64,000 nucleotides of DNA, from the NCBI GenBank assembly GCA_003558065.1, contig PWMU01000037.1, positions 19,473 through 83,472 on the forward strand, read 5' to 3'. The notes beneath the pieces were generated by a model that was not told where the DNA came from, did no database searches, and saw only the letters and a list, made by a program, of their open reading frames with translations. A program made the position numbers and the translations under genes. Of this stretch, positions 16,361 through 24,701 are shown one piece after another (position 1 is the first letter of the stretch; each line of letters begins with the position of its first letter). The stretch is from Opitutia bacterium (GTDB taxonomy: Bacteria > Verrucomicrobiota > Verrucomicrobiia > Opitutales > T3Sed10-336).

Positions 16361-18172
16361 ATGCCAAAACGCCGTTCATCCAAGCGCCCCCAAAAAGAGT
16401 CTCCGCCTCCAAAGGAGCCTTTTTCAGCCGGGAATGCCGCAGGACGGGACGACGACCCCGAAACCAGTGGCTCCTCCTCGAAGAAAAACCTGAAGGCTGG
16501 CGAAACTCCTGAAACCGACCCCCCAAAACCCTCTTCGCCCGACCCGGAAATATTAGAGGAATTCGAGCGGACGGTGGCAAGGTCGCTTGACCGGGAGCAA
16601 TCCGCGCGCATGGAGGAAGCGGCTCCGATTGCCGCGGACCCTCAAATTGAGGCGTTCTCCGGGGTTGCCCCCACCGAGTTTCTACGTCCCGGAATCCCCT
16701 CATTGTTTGTGGCCATGGTCACTCCCGAATTGGCTCCCGCCGCAAAAACCGGGGGATTGGCGGATGTGGTTTTCGGGCTTTCGCGTGAATTGGAAATCCG
16801 CGGCAACAGCGTGGAGATCATTCTCCCCAAATACGATTGCACGCGATGGAATCACGTTTGGAACCCCACTCCGTGCTTCGACAACCTGTGGGTTCCCTGG
16901 TACGACGGGGCGATTCACTGCACTGTCTATTTCGGTTTCGTGCACGAGAGAAAATGCTTTTTCATCGAGCCGCACTCCCGGGACCGGTTTTTCGAGCGGG
17001 GCAAAATCTACGGCGACCCTGACGACACATTCCGCTTTGCGTTTTTCTCGAGGGCGGCCACGGAATTTTTGCTCCAGTCCGGCAAACGGCCCGACATCAT
17101 CCACTGCCACGACTCACAGACGGCACTGGTTCCGGTTTTCCTGTACGAGGTTTACCAGAACCTCGGCCTGAGTCATTCGCGGGTTTGTTACACCATCCAC
17201 AATTTCAAACACCAGGGCCTATGCGGGCCCGAAATGCTCCGGGCAACGGGCCTCAATCGCCCGGAGTATTACTTTCACCCGGACCGGCTCGGCTGGCACG
17301 CGCCGGGCTGCCTCAACCTGATGAAGGGAGGCATTGTGTACAGCAACTTCACCACCACGGTTTCTCCCACCTACGCAGGCGAGGCCAAAGACCGGGGCAA
17401 TGCCTTCGGACTGGAATCCGTCCTCCATACCCATCACATCAAATACGGCGGCGTCCTCAACGGAATCGACTACGAAGCGTGGAACCCCGCGACCGATCCT
17501 CACATTCCTGCCCGGTACGACCTTGCACGGATCGAACAGAAGTATGAGAATAAACGGGCCTTGCGCGGGCGCCTGCTGCTCAGTGACAACGAAAGCCCGC
17601 TCGTCGCCTACGTGGGACGCCTCGATTCGCAGAAGGGGCTCGACCTGGTGAGGCATGCCCTCTTTTACTGCGTCAATCACGGAGCCCAGTTCGTGCTGCT
17701 GGGAACCGCTCCCGAGGATGCGACCAACGAACACTTCCGCAGCGTCAAAGAAGAAATCAACGAAAACCCCGATTCGCACCTGGAGATCGACTTCGACGAG
17801 GAACTGTCGCACCTGATTTATGCGGGAGCGGACATCATGATTGTGCCCAGCCGTTTCGAACCCTGCGGGCTCACTCAACTTATTGCCATGCGTTATGGAA
17901 CGATTCCGGTTGTTCGGGCGGTGGGAGGACTGGCGGATACGGTCTTCGACAAAGACTACTCAAACAAACCGCTGAATGAGCGAAACGGCTACGTTTTCCA
18001 CCATGACGATACAACGGGCATTGAATCGGCGCTGGCGCGGGCGATTTCCTGCTACTACGTCTACCCGGAACACTTCAGAGAACTCATGTGCAACGCGATG
18101 CGTTCCGACTATTCGTGGAATGTTCCGGGCCAGCACTATCTTAATATCTACGATCACATTCGAAATAAATGA
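16361..18172 (+). CDS. glgA: Glycogen/starch synthase (GT5) with a ~110-aa low-complexity N-terminal extension
   Basis: Contains LFVAMVTPELAPAAKTGGLADVVFGLSRELEIRGNSVEIILPKYD and the C-terminal VPSRFEPCGLTQLIAMRYGTIPVVRAVGGLADTV. The N-terminus is rich in P/S/E/K. Confidence 0.9.
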   Translation: MPKRRSSKRPQKESPPPKEPFSAGNAAGRDDDPETSGSSSKKNLKAGETPETDPPKPSSPDPEILEEFERTVARSLDREQSARMEEAAPIAADPQIEAFSGVAPTEFLRPGIPSLFVAMVTPELAPAAKTGGLADVVFGLSRELEIRGNSVEIILPKYDCTRWNHVWNPTPCFDNLWVPWYDGAIHCTVYFGFVHERKCFFIEPHSRDRFFERGKIYGDPDDTFRFAFFSRAATEFLLQSGKRPDIIHCHDSQTALVPVFLYEVYQNLGLSHSRVCYTIHNFKHQGLCGPEMLRATGLNRPEYYFHPDRLGWHAPGCLNLMKGGIVYSNFTTTVSPTYAGEAKDRGNAFGLESVLHTHHIKYGGVLNGIDYEAWNPATDPHIPARYDLARIEQKYENKRALRGRLLLSDNESPLVAYVGRLDSQKGLDLVRHALFYCVNHGAQFVLLGTAPEDATNEHFRSVKEEINENPDSHLEIDFDEELSHLIYAGADIMIVPSRFEPCGLTQLIAMRYGTIPVVRAVGGLADTVFDKDYSNKPLNERNGYVFHHDDTTGIESALARAISCYYVYPEHFRELMCNAMRSDYSWNVPGQHYLNIYDHIRNK

Positions 18173-18391
18173 AAACGCCAACCCGTCCGATAAGAACCGA
18201 TACCGCACGATTCGGAATCCGAAGACCTTTTACGCCGGGATTCAAGGCCCGGACTCTTGCTGTTGGGGGGAGGGCGGCGGAACCCTTGCTCCGCCCGGCC
18301 GTGCGAATGAAGTCTCATGAGCGATGCGGCACCCGATATTTCACGATGAGGTTCGCGGGATCGGAATTTTTCGCGGGCCAACGGTGATTCC

Positions 18392-19513
18392 ATGGACAAC
18401 TCAACGGACACGCACTTTGAGATAATCCCCGTGGATCCGCATCGGTTCCTCGCCTTCTGGAAACTGGATCCGGAACTGCTGCTGCGGGCCGAAAACGTCT
18501 TGGGAATTCCGCATACGGAGGCCGGATGGTTTCTTCGCGCCTTCCGCCTGGCCGATCCCGGCCACGGGCCGGAGCAGGCATTTTCCATGCAGGATTTTCC
18601 GATTACCGGGTCTCGTCAGGAAACCTATTTTGCCCTGAGTTTTCCCGGTGGCTTCGTCAGCGCGGTCCTCGGAGTCAAGGATCGAAACGGCCGGTTTTCG
18701 CCGCTGCTCCGGGCGCCGTGCGTGGCCCTGCCCGAAGCGCCGGAGTCCGGGGCGTCCGCCGAAGTTCATCCGGCGGAGGAAGTGCCGGCGCCCGGGGACG
18801 AAACGGCATTCGGAACCATCGACGATACCAACGCTCTGCCGGAGGAACTTCGGCACCCGCCGCCGGCCGCATCCGAAAGCCCACCCGAACCGACCCGGGC
18901 TCCGGTCAGCCGCCTTCCCGAAACGCCGGCCCTCGACGAAGGGATGATCGTAACCGCGGCCCTCTCCGGAAAACACCCGTCTTCGGTTCGCGCGGAAAAA
19001 CCGGGCCGGGAAACACCCGAACGTTCGACCTTTCCGGCCGCAACGGGACGGACAATCGGGCGTGGCTCCCATGCACGGTGCCGGCTCGCCAGCCGGTTTG
19101 ATGGCGAAAGCGGCGGCGCGCCTCTGGCGCTGCGGGGCGCCCTCGCTGTCGAAGGCATCCTCCGCCCGGGCCAGCGCCTGGAAATCGACGGCATGGAAAT
19201 CCTGCCGCGAATGGACGGAAGGTTCACCTGGACGCGTCCGTTGGAAGACTTTTCCCTCCTCTGGTCCCTTCTGACGGAAGCCGCTTTCGATGTTACGGCT
19301 TCATCCGCACTGGATTCCCGCTTTTCGGAATTTCTCCTGCGCACCCTGATCGATATCGAGGGTGAGGTGCGCGATCCGGACTACCGGGTTTATCTTCCGC
19401 CCGGCATCCGACCGGATGCCTCCGGGCGTTTTCGGCTGATCCGCGAAATCGGGCCGGACTTCGATTTTATTCCCCGGATTGCGCCGCTCACTCGAAGCGT
19501 TGCGGCTCCTTGA
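18392..19513 (+). CDS. DUF4912-like protein (GH57-associated)
   Basis: N-terminal FEIIPVDPHRFLAFWKLDPELL...GWFLRAF matches my recollection of DUF4912, which is commonly encoded next to GH57 branching enzymes. The middle of the protein is a P/E/A-rich linker. Confidence 0.5.
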   Translation: MDNSTDTHFEIIPVDPHRFLAFWKLDPELLLRAENVLGIPHTEAGWFLRAFRLADPGHGPEQAFSMQDFPITGSRQETYFALSFPGGFVSAVLGVKDRNGRFSPLLRAPCVALPEAPESGASAEVHPAEEVPAPGDETAFGTIDDTNALPEELRHPPPAASESPPEPTRAPVSRLPETPALDEGMIVTAALSGKHPSSVRAEKPGRETPERSTFPAATGRTIGRGSHARCRLASRFDGESGGAPLALRGALAVEGILRPGQRLEIDGMEILPRMDGRFTWTRPLEDFSLLWSLLTEAAFDVTASSALDSRFSEFLLRTLIDIEGEVRDPDYRVYLPPGIRPDASGRFRLIREIGPDFDFIPRIAPLTRSVAAP

Positions 19514-19519
19514 GTCCAG

Positions 19520-21205
19520 TTGCGCCTGCCAATGGGAAGCCGCCAGCAAATCACCGACGGAAACGAAACTCGCGGCGGCTCGCTCGTGTTGCTGCTGCAC
19601 GCCCATCTTCCCTACTGTCGCAAGCCGAAGCATCCGGTAAGCCTGGAGGAAAACTGGTTTTTCGAGGCGCTGACCGAGTGTTACCTCCAACTCGTTCGCG
19701 TGCTGGACCGCCTTGAACGCGACGGGATAACGCCCCGCCTCACCCTCAGCCTTTCACCGACATTGATTTGCCTGCTCGGCGATCAATCCCTTCTCGACCA
19801 GTACCGCCGGCGACTGGCCCTGGCTGAGAAGATTGCCGAGCGCGACGCCCAGTCCGGCGAGTTCCAGGAAGCGGCCGCCCGGCAGGCCCGGTTTTTTGCC
19901 GAAACCCGTCACACCTGGGAGGAGCGGTGCGGCGGCGATCCGCTCGGGGTTTTCCGTGAGTACGCCGAGACGGGAAGGATCGAGCTGGCGACGACGGCGG
20001 CCACCCACGCCTTTCTCCCCGCCTACCAGGCAAGGCCGCACATCGTCGAATCCCAGATCCGGGTGGGAATCGATTGTTTTGAAAAAACCTTCGAGCACCG
20101 CCCCGGTTTTTTCTGGCTTCCGGAATGCGGCTATTTTCCGGGGATCGAAACCATGCTTGAGGCGGCCGGAGTTCGTGCCTTCGGCCTGGAAAGCCACGCG
20201 ATCACCCGCGCGCGCCCCGCGCCGGAACGCGGAGTGCGTTCTCCTTTGCGTTGCCCCAACGGACTTGTAGGATTCGGGCGGGACGAGGCGATTTCCCGGC
20301 TCGTGTGGAGCGCCGCCGAAGGCTATCCGGGCCACCCCGATTACCGGGAGTTTCATCGCGACCGTATCCACGAGCTTCCGGAATCGATCCTCGGTGAATG
20401 GCTGCGGGAAACCGGGGTCCGCCTGCCCGCCGGACTGAAATACTGGCGGGTGACCGGACCGGAACAGGAAAAAGCATTGTACGATGCGCGCGCAGCTGCC
20501 GCACGAGCCCGCGAACACGCGGAGCATTTTCTTGAAGTCGTGCGGCGCGCTGACCGTGACGACGGCGGCAACCCGGACGACGGAATCCGGTTTGCTCCTT
20601 TCGACGCGGAATTGTTCGGGCATTGGTGGTTCGAAGGACCGCTGTGGCTGGAAGAACTCTTTCGGGCTCTTTCCCGGCAGAACGAGCTCGTGCCCGTAAC
20701 CGCGACCGAGGCGGTTGCCGGTTGCCACCGGCCCGCCGAAGGGTGTCCTGCTCCCTCGAGCTGGGGCGACCGCGGGGACAATTCCCACTGGATCAACAGG
20801 GAGACCGACTGGATTTATCCGATCCTTTTCGAAGCCGACCACCGCTTGCGCAAGCTCCTGCAACGCCACGGCGGCGCACCGGGGAACAGCCCGGAGGGAC
20901 GCGCCTTGCGGCAGGCCTGCCGGACTTTCTTGCTCGCACAGGCCTCCGACTGGCCCTTCATGATAAGAGCCGGAACGGCAGCCGACCTCGCCGTCCGGCA
21001 CATGGAAGGGCTGCTGGGCCGCCTGCGGCGGCTACTGGCCGACCTCGAAGACGGTCGGATCGACCGGAAGTTTCTCTCCGAATGTGAAGCGACCGACCGC
21101 GCTTTTCCCGAATTAAAAGTGGATCACTTTACGCCTGCGCGTCATGCTGGTTCCGGATCCCCCGAAAAATCGGCCTCCATTCAACCGCGCCGGCAAACGC
21201 TCTGA
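19520..21205 (+). CDS. GH57-family 1,4-alpha-glucan branching enzyme (DUF1957-containing type)
   Basis: Contains GSLVLLLHAHLPY...EENWFFEALTECYLQLV...LSLSPTLICLL...WLPECGY...FDAELFGHWWFEGPLWL. TTG at 19520 or ATG at 19532 is the start. Confidence 0.85.
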   Translation: MRLPMGSRQQITDGNETRGGSLVLLLHAHLPYCRKPKHPVSLEENWFFEALTECYLQLVRVLDRLERDGITPRLTLSLSPTLICLLGDQSLLDQYRRRLALAEKIAERDAQSGEFQEAAARQARFFAETRHTWEERCGGDPLGVFREYAETGRIELATTAATHAFLPAYQARPHIVESQIRVGIDCFEKTFEHRPGFFWLPECGYFPGIETMLEAAGVRAFGLESHAITRARPAPERGVRSPLRCPNGLVGFGRDEAISRLVWSAAEGYPGHPDYREFHRDRIHELPESILGEWLRETGVRLPAGLKYWRVTGPEQEKALYDARAAAARAREHAEHFLEVVRRADRDDGGNPDDGIRFAPFDAELFGHWWFEGPLWLEELFRALSRQNELVPVTATEAVAGCHRPAEGCPAPSSWGDRGDNSHWINRETDWIYPILFEADHRLRKLLQRHGGAPGNSPEGRALRQACRTFLLAQASDWPFMIRAGTAADLAVRHMEGLLGRLRRLLADLEDGRIDRKFLSECEATDRAFPELKVDHFTPARHAGSGSPEKSASIQPRRQTL

Positions 21206-21211
21206 TAAAGC

Positions 21212-24200
21212 ATGACCAAAGAAATCGCCACTGAAGCGGGGACACGCATGCGGATCGAGCACGTTGAGCGCAAGAACCGATCCTGGGTGAATCTGTCGCT
21301 TTCAAGCCCGGAACCCTGTCACCTGCATTGGGCGCTGAGTGCCTCTCCGGACGGAGAATGGTGCGCCCCCCCGAAATCAATGTGGCCGAAAGGCACGTTG
21401 CCCCAAGGAAAGGCAGCGGTCCAGACACCGTTCCAGGAAAACGGAGACCGGTCCGTCCAGCTACCGGTTTCCTCATCGCCGTCCCTTTCCTACCTCGTTT
21501 TTGTACTGTATTTTCCCGAATCCAAGAAATGGGACAACAACCGGGGCCGGAATTACGCGCACCCGCTCATTGCCGGGGCGCCGTTCGACGTCGCTTCGCT
21601 CCTGGACGAATCCATCGGTGACCGGGAAAAACTCTTCCGCGAAATATTCGAACTGGAGGGAGGTTTCCGGCTCGGCGCAGCCGTAATCAAGAACGGGGAG
21701 GACCGGGAAGTGATCCTGCTGACCGACCTCGCGACACCGGTTAATCTTCACTGGGGCATCGCCGAACGTACTCCGAGGGATTGGCGCTTCCCGCCACCCG
21801 AAATTCGTCCCGCCGGCACAACCTCCTTCGATGAGAAAGCGGCCAACACTCCGTTTGTTCGCGCGGGCGCGGTCAATCGCCTCAACCTCGTTTTCCCGAA
21901 AGACTCGACTCCGGCGGGCCTCCCGTTTGTGCTCCGGGAAATCGACCCGGAACGGTGGCGCAAGAACCGGGGACGCAACTTCTTTATTCCTTTGGCCGAA
22001 CCACGCACATCGGGTGCCGGCTCCTCCGCACTCGCCCGGGAGATCATCGAGGCGGAAACAGGTCCCAACTCGTGGAGCCTCATGCACCGCCACAACCTCT
22101 GCCACGATCTTCTGGACCGGACCGGCGGCAACCCCCATGAGCTCGCGCTCCTGTATGTCTGGCTGCGTTTTTCGGCCTTGCGGCAACTCGACTGGCAGCG
22201 GAATTACAACACGAAACCGCGCGAACTCGCCCACGCCCAGGACCGCCTGACCCGGAGAATGGCCGGGATTTATATCGAATATCCGGATACACAGGAATGG
22301 ATCCGGCTCATGCTGGGATCGGTGGGGCGGGGCGGCGAAGGACAGCAGATCCGGGACGAGATCCTCGCCATCATGCACCGGCATCACATCAAAGAGGCGT
22401 CCGGACATTTCATGGAGGAATGGCACCAGAAGCTTCACAACAACACGACTCCCGACGATGTTGTGATCTGCCGGGCTTTCATCGAATTCCTCAAGAGCGA
22501 CGGCAACCTCGATGTTTTTCATCGGACACTTGAAGCCGACGGCGTGACCCGGGAGAGGCTCGCGAGTTTCGAACGTCCCATCGTATCGCAGCCGGACTTT
22601 GTTCCACATCTTAAGGACGCCCTTATTGCAGACTTTTCCCGTTTCCTCAAAATGCTCAGGTCAGTCCATTCCGGAACCGATCTCGATCTGGCGATCGAGA
22701 ATGCCGTCCCCCTCATCGGCGACGACACCCGCGGACGACTGCACCGCCTCCGCGACGCGCTGCGAAACCCCGACGCCCCTCTCCTCGAACGCGCCTCCGC
22801 GCTCACCGACGTACGCGGAGCCGTGACCGGGCAACTGCGGCATGAATCGGACGCCGGCCGCGCGCGCGAGTTGCTTTACCTGGACATCGCTCTGGAGGAG
22901 GCCCTGCGCATGGCGGTTGAAAGGGACGCCCACGATTCCACGGACGAAAGAACCGGGATCACGCTCCTCGAACGGGTGCTTCGGAATGTTGCCTGGAGTC
23001 ACAACGACGACGAACTGCCGCTTTGCGAGAGCGATTGGGCCCACTGGGAAGAAAGCCGGGAGTCCGAATCCGTCCTCGCCCTGAAACGAATGGCGCTGTT
23101 CGACCGGCTTCGCCGGGCGGTTACGAACATCATGGATCGTCTTTACCAAAAGGTTCAGCCGCTTGCGGGAGAGCTCGGCGAAGCCTTCGGCGCGGCGCCG
23201 TGGACCGTCAATCTGTTCGGCGAAGCGGTCGTTCGGGGACGTCCGATCTTTGCGCTGTCATCGCTGATTCGACACCTTGACCCGATCCTCCGCGAAAAGG
23301 CCGGGATCGGCGGCTGGCAGATCGTCAGCCGGGGGGAAGCTTACGGAAAACTGGAGGTGGTACAGTCGCTTCAATCCCTGCAGGGAAAAGTCTTTAAGGA
23401 AAAAACCATCGTTGTCGCCGATACCGTCTCCGGTGAAGAGGAGCCTCCGCCAGGCGTGACCGGCATCATCACTTCCCGGCCGATCGACCTGGTTTCGCAT
23501 GTGGCTGTCCGCGCGCGCAATGCCCCGGTGCTTTTCGCCATCTGCTACGAGGCGGCGATCCTGGAGCGCTTGAAAAGCCTCGCCGGGAAACAGGTCTACC
23601 TCGAAGCCAGACCCTCCGGCACCGTCGAGTTCCGGGAATCTCAGAAAGGAGAAAGGACCGGACCGTCCAACGCCGGCGGAGAGTCGACTCCGTTGTCGAT
23701 CGCCAAACCCGAACTCACCCGGGAACCCATTACCCGGGAGGAATTCCGGGAAGGCCTGGTGGGCGGCAAAGCCCAGCAGCTTCGCGCACTGCGGGACCGC
23801 CTTCCCGATTGGGTCCATGTTCCCGCATCGGCGGCGCTTCCCTTCGGTGTCTTCGAAGCGACGCTCGAAGCCCCGGCCAACAAAGACGTTCTGGCGGAAT
23901 ATAAAAAGCTCCGCGCGCGGGCGGACAAGGATGCCGAGCAGGCGCTTCCCGCCCTTCGCAAAGCCCTTCTCAAACTGGAGCCGGCCGAGGGCCTCGCCGG
24001 AAAACTCTCGGCAACCCTGACGCGCGCGGGGATTTCCGCACCGCCGGAAAGTGATTGGGAAAAAGTCTGGCATGGGATCAAACAAGTCTGGGCCTCGAAA
24101 TGGAATGATCGTGCCTTCTTCAGTCGCAGGGCCCGCTCCATCTCCCACGAAGAGATCCATATGGCAGTCCTGATACAGGAGCTGGTTCCGGTCGACTACG

Positions 24201-24688
24201 CCTTCGTCCTGCACACAGCCGATCCCTTCACGGGCAGTGATCGGGACCTGTACGGGGAACTGGTCAACGGTCTGGGCGAAACGCTTGTCAGCAACTACCC
24301 GGGCACGGCACTGAGCTTTCGCTCGCCGAAAAAGCAACCGAAACCCAAGGTACTCGCCTATTCCAGCAAAAGCCTTGCCCTCGCCGGAAAAGGATGGATC
24401 TTCCGGTCCGATTCGAACGCGGAGGACCTTTCCGGTTATGCAGGAGCCGGGTTGTACGAAAGCATCGTGGTCCCGCCGCCCGAAACGGTACGGCTCCGGT
24501 ACGCCCAGGACCGGCTGATGACCGACGCCGCTTTTTGCGAATCCCTGCTCAAGCGCATCACCGAGCTCGGAAGCGCGGTTGAATCGGCCTTCGACGGCGT
24601 ACCTCAGGACATCGAGGGCGGGTATGTGAACGAGCGCTTCCACGTCGTCCAAAGCCGCCCCCAGGTAGGCACGACGCCCGCGCCCTGA
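21212..24688 (+). CDS. alpha-glucan, water dikinase (GWD1/R1-type) homologue with two N-terminal CBM45-like modules
   Basis: Central block LYVWLRFSALRQLDWQRNYNTKPRELAHAQDRLT...GRGGEGQQIRDEILAIMHRH...MEEWHQKLHNNTTPDDVVICRAFIEF...LRSVHSGTDLDLAIE. The phosphohistidine loop is SGEEEPPPGVTGIITSRPIDLVSHVAVRARNAPVLFAICYE (His codon 23498-23500). There is a C-terminal PPDK_N-type nucleotide-binding domain (GGKAQQL...WASKWNDRAF...MAVLIQE...DIEG). Two LHW[GA]...W..PP...FVL....W..N.G.N[FY] modules lie at about 21251-21565 and 21659-21994. Confidence 0.85.
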   Translation: MTKEIATEAGTRMRIEHVERKNRSWVNLSLSSPEPCHLHWALSASPDGEWCAPPKSMWPKGTLPQGKAAVQTPFQENGDRSVQLPVSSSPSLSYLVFVLYFPESKKWDNNRGRNYAHPLIAGAPFDVASLLDESIGDREKLFREIFELEGGFRLGAAVIKNGEDREVILLTDLATPVNLHWGIAERTPRDWRFPPPEIRPAGTTSFDEKAANTPFVRAGAVNRLNLVFPKDSTPAGLPFVLREIDPERWRKNRGRNFFIPLAEPRTSGAGSSALAREIIEAETGPNSWSLMHRHNLCHDLLDRTGGNPHELALLYVWLRFSALRQLDWQRNYNTKPRELAHAQDRLTRRMAGIYIEYPDTQEWIRLMLGSVGRGGEGQQIRDEILAIMHRHHIKEASGHFMEEWHQKLHNNTTPDDVVICRAFIEFLKSDGNLDVFHRTLEADGVTRERLASFERPIVSQPDFVPHLKDALIADFSRFLKMLRSVHSGTDLDLAIENAVPLIGDDTRGRLHRLRDALRNPDAPLLERASALTDVRGAVTGQLRHESDAGRARELLYLDIALEEALRMAVERDAHDSTDERTGITLLERVLRNVAWSHNDDELPLCESDWAHWEESRESESVLALKRMALFDRLRRAVTNIMDRLYQKVQPLAGELGEAFGAAPWTVNLFGEAVVRGRPIFALSSLIRHLDPILREKAGIGGWQIVSRGEAYGKLEVVQSLQSLQGKVFKEKTIVVADTVSGEEEPPPGVTGIITSRPIDLVSHVAVRARNAPVLFAICYEAAILERLKSLAGKQVYLEARPSGTVEFRESQKGERTGPSNAGGESTPLSIAKPELTREPITREEFREGLVGGKAQQLRALRDRLPDWVHVPASAALPFGVFEATLEAPANKDVLAEYKKLRARADKDAEQALPALRKALLKLEPAEGLAGKLSATLTRAGISAPPESDWEKVWHGIKQVWASKWNDRAFFSRRARSISHEEIHMAVLIQELVPVDYAFVLHTADPFTGSDRDLYGELVNGLGETLVSNYPGTALSFRSPKKQPKPKVLAYSSKSLALAGKGWIFRSDSNAEDLSGYAGAGLYESIVVPPPETVRLRYAQDRLMTDAAFCESLLKRITELGSAVESAFDGVPQDIEGGYVNERFHVVQSRPQVGTTPAP

Positions 24689-24701
24689 AACGGCTGTTGA
24701 G

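Noticed and set aside
19754-21001. 415-aa ORF on the - strand; also 23258..24652 (464 aa), 21473..22609 (378 aa), 29432..30709 (425 aa) and 25611..26156
   Set aside because: All are antisense to strongly supported glucan-operon genes, and none shows recognisable motifs.
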